Shown one piece after another: positions 38,247 to 51,874 of a stretch of 64,000 nucleotides of DNA. Position 1 is the first letter of the stretch. The number at the start of each line of letters is the position of its first letter. The notes beneath the pieces are model-generated. The model worked only from the letters and a program-made list of their open reading frames with translations, was not told the origin of the DNA and made no database searches. Source of the DNA: Tubulanus polymorphus (taxonomy: Eukaryota; Animalia; Nemertea); the NCBI RefSeq assembly GCF_964204645.1, contig NC_134035.1:4154001-4218000 (forward strand). The letters are read 5' to 3'. The position numbers and the translations under genes are program-made.

Positions 38247-41200
38247 ATGGAGTCGAGCCTGTCGGCCGATGCGTCGTTATTTTACAACAAAAACAACAAC
38301 AACGCCGCCGCCGCCGTCATCGACGCGGTGAAATCCGGCCAGTGCTGCGTCGTACAGGCCGGCGGCGGTCCGGTGCAGCTGGTGGTCGACCCGACCCGCC
38401 CGCCGCTGCTGCCCCCGGGCGCGGCTCTTAACCAGCACACGATCGACGAAATACTGGGCACGCGGAAACCGGACGCTAACTCGATACTGGGTAAGTAACC
38501 GATTTTGATGATGCGGGTTTTATTATGATACCCATGTTCAGTTTGAATTTTTGGGGGTTTACTGACTGCGAATACTGTTTGAGATTATAGTTTCCACTCA
38601 TTCATTAATAAGCCTAGTCCCACAAATACTCTCAAAATCAAAATATGATTTCTTGTTCATTTTCGATTAAACTACTATTTTCGATGTCAAATTACTCTCA
38701 TTTTGGATGGAAACTATTAGAATTAGAAATATCAGGTATAGCCTGGTCTGGATTTATGATCCATTTGAAGTATAGGAACTTCATTTTCCTTAGATTTTAG
38801 TATGGTGGAAAAAAGTTACGAATTTGTTGGCTAGAAATTAACTTACTATATCATCGTATTGGTACCCAACGAATTCATAAATTCAACATCATTTTGTCCT
38901 TAATAACATAACTTTGTTGTACGAAATCGAAGAAAAAGATCATTTGATCAAATGCACGATTTACCGTGTATTCATTTACCGCCCGAGAATCTGAGCCTAT
39001 GATTATCCGTTGTTCACGTGGCCTCCGTCCAATGTATGCGTCAGTCGGAATATTCTAGGCCTATAATACACGATACTGGCTGCCTGTTAGAAATAATTAA
39101 ACATTACACGTCGTAATGTAAGCATTCGAAAACGATATCGTATACAAAATGAATACAATGTTTAGCATCGTTTTAAGACGGCGCGGATTTGTTATCGGTA
39201 TTTGTTGTTATTTCTTATCAATTTTAATTTGTGTTGTTGGTTAGGAATCTCTCGTTGTTAGTCGAGAAAATATGGCGCTCTGTAGTTAGATAATGATAAT
39301 ATTATCAGCATATAGTGCTGGGCCAGCGTAGACCTCGACCGGGATTTTCGGTATTCGTGGTGGACGGTTTTTTTCAGAACTTCAGAGATTTATGAGAATG
39401 ATTGTTTTTCCGTCTGCAAGTAAATACGATACACAATTCCTGGGGCCAGTTGCTCAAAAGTTGGTTAGAGTTAACCAGTGGATGATGTCATATTGGCAAT
39501 TAAAAGTCCATTGTTACTATGGTATTTATCCACCGGTTATCTTTAACCACACTTTTGATGGTCCCTGATTGAAATAGTTGCATAGGTTAAGATATACTGT
39601 TTTTTTTCGCCCACAATTATGCGAAACAAAATTCAGATTGAAATCGTACCCATTTAGTTGTATAGGTATATAGGTTGAAATTCCACGTTTTAGCGATTGA
39701 AAATGAACTTATTTATTAGACATCATTGAACGGAGAAAATCTGTTGACCCGAGCCGGCATTGAAATGTATTTACCTTAGTCATTTCATCCTTCATTTTTA
39801 CAGATAAAAAGATGCTCGACGCCGAAGAGGAGACCAGTTTGTCGAGCATATCTGAAAAGTTCTGCGACGGAGGCAGCGGTGCGTCCGTCGCCGCCGCCGA
39901 GCTGTGCGACGTCAAACCGGACTCGTTACTGGACGCCGACTCGGACAAGTGTTCGGACTGCGTCATACAGCGCAAGAAACGTCGCAATCGCACGACTTTT
40001 ACCAGTTTCCAACTGGAGGAAATGGAGCGAATTTTCCAGAAGACCCACTACCCGGACGTGTATACGCGCGAACAGCTCGCTCTCAGATGCGACCTGACCG
40101 AGGCGAGAGTTCAGGTAACTGAAACCCGCACCCGAAACCCCTCTTATCTTCCTAGGAATATGTTGGCTTTAATGATTACTCCCGATACCTAGAATTTGAT
40201 ACACTAAATCAAGAAGAATTGACCTAATTGGGTGCCGATTAAACACGTCACTGGTTCTGAACCAATTCAGTTTCATTTAATTCCCAATTGAAACCCCAAT
40301 ATTTTTATTTCAATCCAATACGTTTTTATTTCTTTTTTATTCATTTATTTATTTCCTGAATAATTTACATAAATGAATTCCCGATTCACAAAATGACAAT
40401 AGTTGTATATACATATATAAACCGATGTAAAATAACAGCAGGTCAGCCAGAGAAAAGCAGAGGCATCCTAAAATCATAAACACATAAAATATTTTGAAAT
40501 TATTTGAAAGCCTATTTCCTGTATTCACCGCGAAATTTGTTTACGTGTAGAATACTTAACAATTAGAAATATTTCAAATAATTTTGAAAGTTCACTCCGG
40601 ATACAAGCGACGAGTTTCGTTGCGGTAATCCTCGTAAAAAAAAATCGTATCTCACTTATTCCTAAGGTCGAAATTAAAACCCTCGGAACTGTTCCGCGAT
40701 TCACCTAATACTCGATGCGCCGGAAAATTGAATTAAGTTCTAGTTAATAGTGAAACCGGTATAGTTGATTGGGGGCTAACTTGCCTGTTAATTAAATCTA
40801 TCAAACTCGAAATTAGCTACAAGGAAGCGTTCGTGTCGGAGTACGTGTGTGTGTATACCGCGATTTGTTCTATCATAGAAAGGCGCGAAAACGTGCATCG
40901 TATTATGCGCGCTCGAAAACCTATACCAGGCTTCGAGCATCTGTAGCTGTAGGCTACTCGGGCGCGCTTCCTCGTAATACTACTATTCCGTAAAATCAGT
41001 AACCGGGAGAATGATTTAACATATCGCCGGAGAATGCGTACGAAGCCAAATCGAATTTGTAAACTGACTCGTTAAAAAGCGGACCTGTAATACGTGTTAA
41101 GATGATGAATGCGTTGATTCGATGGGTATAAAATAGGGCGTGTATTTGATGACGATATAAAGTGGACCTTTACGTCGAAAAGCTACATTTGAAATGCATC

Positions 41201-43360
41201 TTTTTAACCTAATTATCTTTCCCGATATTGATATTGATTACCGTTGATTTCAATTGCGGGTAGAGCGAGAACTTTTATCACAGGCTTTCACTATTTGGAT
41301 ATTTCTGAAACAAAACCCAGATTCATTTAAAGAAAATACGTAGCTGCACTAACAATCAATATGCACAATGGAACAATTCATATATAGTTCTTGTTTCGGT
41401 TCGGGTCCGATTTCAAGGCCATTCAAAAACACATCCATCAAAAACACAGCTTATCATTGCATATTAACATTACATCCTCGAGCAAACTTCCAGGTCTGCC
41501 AAACTTACTTCCTAAAAGATTTCAATTATAGTTAATGAATCATTAAACGTAAACGTTATCTTATAACTTTTTCTAAGATACCCCTGTAGGAAGGACAACA
41601 TTTCGAAATGTGCAGTTATTTCAAACTGCTGGCGACGATTTTTTAAGGCATCGTTTTAGAATATCATCTTCAGCCGTAGTTATGGAGTATCGACGATCGT
41701 AACATTGACGGTTCATGAGGTGTAAAATGTATCTTTTCGTTGTTGTTATCTGAAGCGAATACAGTTGCGAACTTCGGTTTGCCCGCACCGGCTCTCTATA
41801 CGGCGCGGCGGTTAACTGTCATCGGTTACGCTGATAACAGGATCGATGAAGCCGAGAGAGGGAGAGGGAAAGAGAGAGGGTATTTGAGAATCTATATACG
41901 CCTGCTTTTCTCGGGGCATCGTTCCCCGAGTTTATCTCCGATGATGTTCGAACGCGCACAACTCACACACAGGTGCTTCGCCGAGAAGAGCGAAGGTGAT
42001 TTTAATTAGTGCCACTTTACGGAGAGAATAGCTAAGTCATTAACGCGCCGCGCTCGTTCTCGGCTGTTATACACGGGGAAAGCTTCTTAAAGTTTCCACA
42101 TGCGCGAAATCGCGAAACATCCGAACGCAGAACAAGAAACATTTTACGTTAAAACCATGAATATTGACACATTTTTGATAGTTCCTCAGATAAAACTCTA
42201 TCTTCAGTGAAAAATTCTACATTGTTTCTCAAAGCAATGAAAAAGTTACAGCCAATCAGATAAAATTACCAATTTTGGGCGCCTTCCTAAAAGTGACGCC
42301 GAGATGTTGCAGCCGAGAAAAATGAAATAAACGCCATCAGAAAATAGAAATTGTCACCTTTCTAACGATATATAACTTAAATTGTAGTGGCAAAAGGGGG
42401 ATAGACGACAATTGATCGCGCCAAAGGTTTTATTATAAAAACTGTTAAAATCTGTCTGTACAATCTGTACAATACGGGACCCGCGGACCGCCTCAAAATG
42501 GCGCCTGGTAACTGAAAACTTCCCTATTATATACGCCCGACCGATCGAGTATATCCGTCCAATGCCTTCCAATGAATTCTTCTCTTTTTTATGTTGTCGT
42601 TAGGTTTGGTTTCAAAATCGACGGGCGAAATGGCGAAAACGGGAACGATTCGGACAGTTGCAGAACATGCGGGCGATGGCCGGTTCACCGCCTTACGATC
42701 AGATCCCGATACCGTGTCCCGTCACGTATCCGCAGGTAAGCAGGTCGAGTTTCATTCAAACTCGGGGTAATCGTCCAAATGACGATTACTCACAGTTTCG
42801 GGGTAACTTTTGATTTGGAGTCGAGAGGACGCAAGGATTCATTGGGGCCGGTTGATGATTCCAAAGCAGAGTTCACCGGTCTCGGCCTATTTTGGTTTTA
42901 CAGCCCTGGCAGCAGAATTGAATGGAAAAATAGCCTTTCTCATGTCAAACTACTTGCCTGAAATACGGGTACAATGTTTAATACATTAATAAATTACTTT
43001 TGATTTCAGATGCAGAATCCGTGGAATACAAAGGTATCGATGCCCGCTCAGTATAACGGGGCTGGTTCGTGTATGACCCCTCATAACAACATGCCCGCTT
43101 TCATGGGACTGGCACAAAACGGTATAATGCCCGCGTCACTAGGGGGCGCCACGTGCGTGGTGCCGCCGCCGCCCCAGACGCATCCGGGATACGGGCGCCA
43201 ATTGGACACTTTTCCACCGACAGTCGAAGGCTGCGTGGACACTGGTCGTAGGAGTTCCAGTATAGCTACATTGCGACTGAAAGCTCGTGAACACAGCGTG
43301 GCTATGGGCATCTTACCGACTCTCAGAGACTCGGTAGTGACGTCGCAGCATTTTAACTAG
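38247..43360 (+). CDS. ALX: Aristaless-like (Alx/Cart1 family) PRD-class homeobox transcription factor; exons 38247-38490, 39804-40114, 42604-42735, 43010-43360
   Basis: [47 protein letters not shown]|[18 protein letters not shown] (Q50, intron at helix-3 position 46/47); [19 protein letters not shown]; phases consistent. Confidence 0.93.
39443..39564. mobile_element. PIF/Harbinger-like palindromic MITE in Alx intron 1
   Basis: CTG|gggccagttgctcaaaagttggttagag ... ctttaaccacacttttgatggtcc|CTG. Confidence 0.6.
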
Positions 43361-45632
43361 CGTCGTAGAATTGAATCTGTGGTATCCGGGGAGGTGGTAG
43401 CGAGGGGTACCGGCGTATCGGCTATCCCGTAAGATGGAGACACTGGAATCTTGTGTGCACTGTCATAGAAATGTTAAGCCGTGACCAGTATGATGTGTAA
43501 AAACCAAGATGTAGACCACAGACGTAAACTTGATCAAAGTTCATTTTCGGTAAACTTCGATTTCAATTTTCGGTCTTCCAATCCAAAAATCAGGCAGATC
43601 ACAAGATCACTAGATGAACTCGGAATAATTTTCAGAGTTCATATGTGGCACGACTTTCGTTCGCCGTACAAAGAATTTGAGAAGACTATCGTCGTTAGAT
43701 TCAAAAGAAATTTAGTTAAAAGCAGGATCGAGCGTTTACGTCGTACTGTACACTGGCGACACCTGGCGGATTCTGGTGAAATTCCGCTTGCCGCAGTCCG
43801 GTACGCGATGGAGTTAGCTGTGTCCCTTTACGTTAGGATCGAATGCGATTGAAGAATGTAGCATCCGGCCCAAGTGTGCTTACTACCAGCTGCCCACTGA
43901 TTCAACTTGAAGACGTCTCGGTCAGATGTTTGTGTGTGTGGTGATTCCCGGATTTTAAACACGTTTACTACTAACGGCACAAAAAGAGACAAAGTCTTCC
44001 AAGAGTTCACGCGTAGATGGTGATTATACTGACGTAGCGTATTAGGTTCACGGGTCTTTATGAATATTTCAGAAATAAAAATTAATATCAATACAATATG
44101 CGTGTGTATATATTATGTTTGCAATGAAAGTTGAAAGAAAGTTGATATAAATGTGTAAAATGAATGTTTGCCTATTGGTGTTCTTATTTTGAGGTTATTT
44201 TCGATGGATTCGGGCGCGATATTGAAATGTCGGCTGGACGTTCACCCAGATCTGCAACTGGAATTCATAATCGATGGATGGGTTTAAAAGTTCTTTACGA
44301 CCGGGCTTAGTGCACGTTGCCGTCAACCCTCTGATGAATGCCCGCCATTTTCTCATAGTTGAATTTGCAACGCCTGGTACATCTTGATGTATCTTGAAAC
44401 GGTTGAAGCTGATGTACAAAACTGCCCCTCGATACAGTTCAACGTTTTCCGCGCAGCGTCACGATTGCTTTGTAGAAAGATACGCCGCGGTTCAGCATTC
44501 GTTTCTTTCGTACACCACGGAGAATATAAGGATGTTGGATAGTTCGTTTTACACTCAAACGTGGGGAATAGATAAAATAATTATTGAAACCCACTAGATA
44601 TACAAATTAAAAAGATTGAGAACAGAACTGATTTATGGAGAATGAAAATGAAAAATTAAAAGATCGTTTCGAACTCTTGCTATATTGCTCAATATTGGTT
44701 TGCAAAGAAATTTAAACGGAGATAATAATCCATATTCATTAAACGGCCTTAGCCTAAAGATAAACCTTTTTAAAGTTCCAGGCGCCATGTTCTTGGGTAC
44801 CCGCCGGGTTCGCATTACTGAATTTATACCCCCTAGAGTAGATGCATTCGTCGATATGATACAATCAGACTTTAATAGGAAATTAGATTATACAGGCAAC
44901 AATATTGTGACGGGGTATCGCGTCACGCCTATACACTGTCTAAAAAGTGACTGTTATGTCATTGTGTTTGACAGGCCCCGCGGACGTGCACCGATAAATA
45001 CACCGCTCGACGGCGAAACATACAATTTCCAACTTTGAAAATCGAGAAGGATTTACTTAAAATGATTTTAACGCACGTTTTCCTGCCAAAAACAATATTA
45101 CGATTTCAAACGGAAATGATCCATTTGTGTCGGCGATGAAAAATAACTTTGAGCCACAAGCTACATTCACTTATCTTTATCGACATTGTTCACAAATAAC
45201 ATTAGGCAAAACTGTTTCGCTTTTAAGTTTATCTAAACATACCCGAGGGAAACTGGTGAAAGATTGTATGTTGTTTGTTTGTTCGTTGTTTTTTTTAAAT
45301 AGGGAATTGTCCCTTATTTATCTATTTAATCGATCGAATTTGATTTTGTTAAGTTATTCGGTGTTCCCGCCACACTTCACCCAGTCCTGGCAGTATATGG
45401 TTGTCTCCACAGAGATCTCCGTCGCTCTACGATCCTGGCGTAACCAACCGCCGGACATCAGACACTAGATCAGTTCTTGGTGAACGAAACAGGGGTTTGA
45501 TTTTTGAGATTTGGAATTTACTCTACGGGTTTAAGATCATGTCGTCCATTTTCTTATTATGTTTTTCGGGTCGAAGGTTGTTTTCGACCCGAAGACAACG
45601 TTGCGTCCTCGGGTTCCGATTCCGAGCGAGCC

Positions 45633-45848
45633 CAGGGGCGGATCCAGCCGGTGATGGCGGTGGCGAAGCTCATTAAAGGGGGGGGGGGTTGGGGTTCCTC
45701 CCAAAAAATTTGAAAAACAACTCTTTTCCCTTGTATGTTTTAAATGCATTCTGGACCTGTTAGATAAGGTGCTAGTAGAAAATATGTTATTCAGATTTTT
45801 CTGACTATTTTCTGGAATACAGTGGAATACAGCTTGGATCCGCCCCTG
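45633..45848. mobile_element. MITE with CAGGGGCGGATCCA TIRs (relatives near 7922, 10228, 48060)
   Basis: caggggcggatcca ... tggatccgcccctg. Confidence 0.65.
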
Positions 45849-47138
45849 AATTGCTTAATACGTCGGCGCGTTCGAGCCGATTTTCAATTTCGTTAACAAA
45901 ACAAATCTTCTTCACGGCTGCTGCGTTTTAAACGTGACGAAAAACGACTAATTAAACGGATAAGATAGCGCGAGACCCGGCGGCGAAACGACCGGCGGGT
46001 TACGTTCATCACAACACGACGACGGACGCGCTATCGGTTTCTACTCGTGCGAGATATGCGCAGAGAAACCGTCGACGTTAACGGCAGCAACATAGCGATT
46101 AAGAATCCGTAGTAAAACCCCATTTATAATTAACTGAAGTTTTAGGCTCGTCGGAGGCGACGCGATTCGGCGATCGTTGTTCCTCCGTTCGGCGGATTAA
46201 TGTTTGGACATTAAACGCTTCCGCGAACGTAAACCATATAGTCCTTTTATTGTGTAACATTCTCACGCATGTTAGTTCTGAAGAATTTTCTTTTTTTCTG
46301 CAGGCGTAGCCTATCTTGGAAGTATCTGTAGATTGCCATGATTACATTCGATTTATTCCTAATGATTTATTTATTCCTGATGATATTTGTATATTTACTC
46401 TACTCGATGAAAACCATTTTCGCTTGACAGGTTTCTGTTTTCTATATTTTATCAGTTCGATGCGAAAAATTGGATTATGAAAAGAAAATGATTTCAATTT
46501 CTTGCGAAAAATAGTGTTTAGTACTTTATTCGGGTGTCGGGGGCGGGTCCAGCCTAGCGCTACTACTGCTTGAGCGGTACTCACGTTTGTAAAGCGCTAT
46601 TCTATTTTTCAAGTTCTGGTAGATGTTATCAAAATGGTCATTGAATAATCTTTCTTGGGTATGGGTAATCGTTCGTCAAAATGCTACATTTTCTGGATGG
46701 AAAGAGGGATAGATTTGATGCCTGAAATGTGCCCGGATTGCATCTTAGAGCCCTAACAATTCCAAATCTTCGATTATATAGGCGCCCTCCGACAACCGGT
46801 CAGTACTCAGAAACAGGTTAGCTCTGCCACTGTGGTTCTATATGAAAGTCATGCAGGTTTTAGTCGCTCGTAGCTCATATTTCTAACTCGCGTGAACAAT
46901 AACGTTAATTCTCAATATTGGCGCGCAGCTAATTGAATCGACGAAAATAGGATCGGGATTTGGCGGTGGATTAATCGTAGGCCATGTTAGTGGATTGATG
47001 ACGTGTTTTGTAACGCGGCGATACATAACTGACTCAATGGGGCGATGAGTAATACATAGATTATTCGCGCAATTTGGGCCATCTTCAAGGCGACAGAATT
47101 GTATGCCAGTTAACCACATCTTAATGAACACTTTCAGT

Positions 47139-47173
47139 ATTCCTGAAGATGACTATAAGTCGAAACGTAGAAT
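47139..47173 (+). ncRNA. Intact minimal type-I hammerhead ribozyme motif
   Basis: ATTC-CTGAAGA-T-GACT-ata-AGTC-GAAAC-GTA-GAAT: full core, 4-bp stems I and II, palindromic ACGT stem III. Confidence 0.7.
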
Positions 47174-50100
47174 CAATCAATTATTATTAGCTTTAAGGAA
47201 ACTTTTCGCACTTCATCTCTCTCGTTATATCAGTGTTCGATTCTCAATTTCTATATCAGTTCTTTCGAACATAAGGACACAATGCCCTGTAGCCAGTTCA
47301 GTTGCAGTTAAAACTCGTTGAGTGTGAGGATAAGGTCATTTTCATTAAATTACTCACAGTTACCGTTGAACTGGGTCCTGAGTGGTCGGAACGGTCAGCC
47401 AAGCCATTATATCGGACCGGTTATATAGGTTTTTACACCAGAAACCAGGGCTATAATTCTCACGCGGAAAGAACGGGCTGAATTAACCATTGATGAAACG
47501 CTCTGAGTATTGTAACGACGATATACAAAATATCCCTCAAATAGTGAAGAAAAAAAAACACTTTCCCAATGGTTTGTATTCGACGTTTAGAATTTCGACT
47601 CAAAAATTTTTATTCCTTGTAGTTAGGTTAGTAGACGGTTTCTGTCGTCTCTCCCGCAATGTGCGGCACGATGGCATTTTTAAGCCGCCGGCAGTGTCGT
47701 AGTATATTCTCTGATGGGTTAGAAGAGATTTACTGCCACCGTTTCCCATTCGCAGCGCGGCGGGTGAATTGTCTTTATGGCTGAACTCGGATATACGTCA
47801 AAATATTACATCATGCATATTTGATTACCTATATCGGCCACGTCATCGCCGGCGAGTCGGCGCTATTGAAATCGAGCCGTAGATTGACAAAAAATTCAAA
47901 AGTTCTCTGCGGTTTCGATTGGTTAGAAAACTGCTGCCGGCCTAATTCAGAAATACACTCAGCTGTGTTTGATCTTATCGTAAAAAATAAACTAGTTTAT
48001 ACGTCCATGTAAATGTCGCAGTACATATTTTGAGAGGGCATCTATCCTACCGTTACAAACACGGGCGCGGGTCCAGGGGGTCTCGTGGGCTTTGCATGAA
48101 TAAGACCCTCAAATGTTTTATGAGTTGCCCTTTTCATGCCCTTTTCATGAAGTAATGTTCACCGCCTTGTCAATATGGAATCGTTCAGTTTTCTAAACCT
48201 GAAACTTCTTCTAAACTTCTAAACTTCTGATCTGAGGATTTGTATCTAATCCATTCAGGAATTTTCAACGTCGAGACTTTTATCGCTAATACGCCTCCGA
48301 AATATGTTTTTTAGATAGTTATCAGAAAATGCCTTTAAACGCGTCACAATATCTACAAAAATAGACCTAGGATCCACCCCGAAATAATGACATCATTCTG
48401 AATGGGGTGATCATGTGAAAGTTCGCCTCGTCTGTTGCGCAAGCTTTTACGAATACGAACTACGAAATTGACAATCGGCTGATGCGGAATAGCTATAGAA
48501 TGTAGCAGAACACAAAATAACTGTTTTGCGTTCAACAACGCCCGAAATAGCACCGCTTTAATTTGGAATGATATCCGAAACCGCGCCGAAATCGTTACGT
48601 TCTCCGATATACCCGTCAAAGCGATCGGGAAGCATTTCATAGCTACCTTTAATCGACATTTCCAGTTGACCCCTCGGGCTCCGCTTTTGTATCAACTCAA
48701 TTGTATCGTTGATATTCGATAGAGTTTCTGTTTATTCTTTTGAATTTTCAAACGAACACCGAATCCAAATGTTAAAACGTGTCAACAACACGGTTCGCAG
48801 TATTTGTGAGCGAGCGCGATCGTTTTTCCTGTTTTCGATCGCTTTGATTTCACGTCAGTCACACCGAGCGCGGTCTAAAAATACGTTTATAGAGAGAAAC
48901 TCTCGATTCTTCAAAATGGAAAATATACGCGAAAATGTGCGCGCGAGAAAATCCCTCGTTTTAACTGAGAGAAGGGTTATCATATATTTTTTAGACCATC
49001 GGCGTCTAAGCTTTCATCAATTATCAGCCGTAGAAATGAAAACAGAATTTTTTTTCTTATTTTTAAAGGATTTCTGCTGAAGATCCGCTAAACCCTGAAA
49101 TGTTGCTAGTTGCTCTTTTTTGAATTGAATTTTACTGCTTTATCATATGTTAACGTATAAACCGTATAACGTATACACCCTAAAAAATGCCTCCAAATGA
49201 GCCCCGAGACCCCAAAACTGAGGCTCGTAAATCCGCCCCTGTTTAGAAAAAATCGGTACCAAAAAGAACGAACGTTGTTGTTGTCGTCGTTTTTTTGCAC
49301 GGTCGAATCGTCTACGATTTCGGTCAGCAGACGAGACGTTGCGGGATGTTTCGCGCTACTCATGTTTCTCCCGACGCGATCATAGCGCCGTTCGCGCACG
49401 TAACGGTCATAAAACCGAATCAAATGATACACTACAATCGCAAATCAAAAAGGACACGCGTCGCTATATTTGCCTAACAACAACTAAAACCTCGTCGTAA
49501 ATTTGATGCGCGGTTTATTGGATAAAAACCGGCCATTATCGCGACTATTCGCGAGACATCGATATGCATCGGTTTTGACATGCGTCGGCTGCCGGTGATC
49601 GCTTTATCGCGCGCATTATCGGTCGCATCTGTGCGGTCAGTCTTACGTGCTTCTATTCCCCGATCGCGGCTCGTATATTGCGCCGTATTAATCCTGATGA
49701 TGACATATTTTCGATGATGTCGAATGTAAGTCGACAATTATCCTTTACATCCGTAAATACAGCAGGTCGCCGGTGTGTATACATGACGGCGCGGTTGATG
49801 GGCAGTCGAGAAAGGGTTTCCGATTGCACGTCGCGCGCGGTATGGATCGTGTGTGTTCGTGTAGTTTTTTTTTTCGTACCTAATAATTCTTCGTATTTAG
49901 CTTTCTCCGCGAGAACTCCGATAAAACGCGTTTACAGCATTCAGTAAAACGTTCGATTCGTCGATATTGGCTTTTATTTCGAATCAAGTTTATTATACAG
50001 AACTTTTTAAAGCGATGCCGCTTATTGATAGCAGTTATAGTGAAATGGATTTTTTCTTTTCATCGAATCGCGCCGAGGCCATTTAGACTCGGTTATAGAT

Positions 50101-50230
50101 GCATTCAAGGTGAAACGAATTCGAAATGTCACCGAACCGAACGTATTTATAATCTACGATTTATCTGATTCCGAAATTTCTACCTTTTTTCCTGAATTAA
50201 TATCATTAAAATCGTTGATAAGAATATTTA

Positions 50231-50585
50231 CTAGCTCCGATGATCACTAGTGGAACTGGCTCCGATGATTACTAGTGGAACTGGCTCCGATGATCACTAG
50301 TGGAACTGGCTCCGATGATTACTAGTGGAACTGGCTCCGATGATCACTAGTGGAACTGGCTCCGATGATTACTAGTGGTACTTGCTCCGATGATCACTAT
50401 AGTGTAACTGGCTCCGATGATCACTCGTGGAACTGGCTCCCATGATCACTAGTGGAACTGGCTCCGATGATCACTAGTGGAACTGGCTCCGATGATCACT
50501 AGTGGAACTGGCTCCGATGATCACTAGTGGAACTGGCTCCGATGATCACTAGTGGAACTGGCTCCGATGATTACTCGTGGAACTG
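50231..50585. repeat. 25-bp minisatellite, ~14 copies (ctggctccgatgatcactagtggaa)
   Basis: Head-to-tail units without spacers. Confidence 0.97.
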
Positions 50586-51714
50586 AAACTAAGAAAACTG
50601 TTAAGCCGTCGTCAGAATTTCGACGCTTTATTTAGTTTGACGTGGCAGCGCCTCGAGTTCTTAAAACACCGCGCGCGTATCGTATCTAGGTGAATTGAAT
50701 TCGAATATGTCCCTTCCCGTTTCGGAAAAAGGCTTTTAAAGAAAACGATGCCAGTCGCCGACGTCAATCTATGTGTGGGCACTATCAGTCGACGTGTTAA
50801 TCCCGGCTTTTTCATCCCCCCAAAGTCGATAAATGCAATTTCGAATGATTCGAATTGAAGCTGAATACTAAAATTAAATTGACTCCAGTTTAAAACGGCC
50901 GTCTTTTCCCCGTTGACCTGCATTTCTTGAAATAGATCCTTAGAATGGGACTTCACGCTCTAAATCGATGTTATCATTGTGCGTATCTATAGCCAGTGTT
51001 TTACGGCTCTAGAGTATTAGATGTACATCATTATGTGTCTGTATATAAGGTCAGTTCGAAATGTCATCTTCCGTTTCCGTTGGAAAAAAATGAATGTATC
51101 TGCGTTAACACGCTGGTCACACCGGTAAAGATCTTAAGATCAGACAGAGATTACAAAATGTCTTCGCAAACGTTTTCGAGCAAGATTTGCGTAGAAACGC
51201 GTTGCGATCAATAGCTTACATTTTTATTGAAAAAGGAAACTATTATGTGGAGTAATCCGGAATCCGCTAGTTTTTTTATGTTAGTGCCTCGACACTTGAG
51301 TTGATGGATCTATATTTCCATATACCGTATCAGGGCTATCGCATTTGAATTTAAGGGGGTAGAGAAACCCGAAAAAGGACAGGATAAAACAACAATATTC
51401 TGGGGGCGAGCAACTACCCCCTGATCCCTGCTAAATACCGCCCTGGTTATGAAATATTGTCTCATGTTCCCGTTGTTTATGACGGTCGTTGTACGCTGGT
51501 TTGTATTTTCACTGATTTCTATCCACAATTTTTAAGTTTAATTCATTATGACCATCGTTAAAACCCCCTGTTTCGCCCCCGGCAGGTGTGGTGGGTCTGT
51601 AAGGGACACTCAATCGAAAAATCAAACGAAATTTACCAACCAAATTAATAAATAACGGAGACAATCCCTATTTTAAGATCAAAACACTATGGATCTGCGT
51701 TGACGCGATGTAGA

Positions 51715-51874
51715 GAGAATCCCACAATAATAACGAACAAAATGATATAAAATTCGAAATCTGACTGAAGATGACTATTAGAATATAGTCGAAACGTTGA
51801 ATAAAACTACTATCTCAAAAAGAGAAACATTTTCGGACTTTATATCATTTTTACGTTATTATTGTGGGATTCTC
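51715..51874 (+). mobile_element. 160-bp inverted-repeat element enclosing a hammerhead core
   Basis: ~46-bp inverted arms (first 21 bp perfect, gagaatcccacaataataacg); CTGAAGA-T-GACTAT..ATAGTC-GAAAC-GTT at 51765-51798. Confidence 0.7.

Noticed and set aside
50231-50585. CRISPR-like array
   Set aside because: No unique spacers, no cas genes, animal genome
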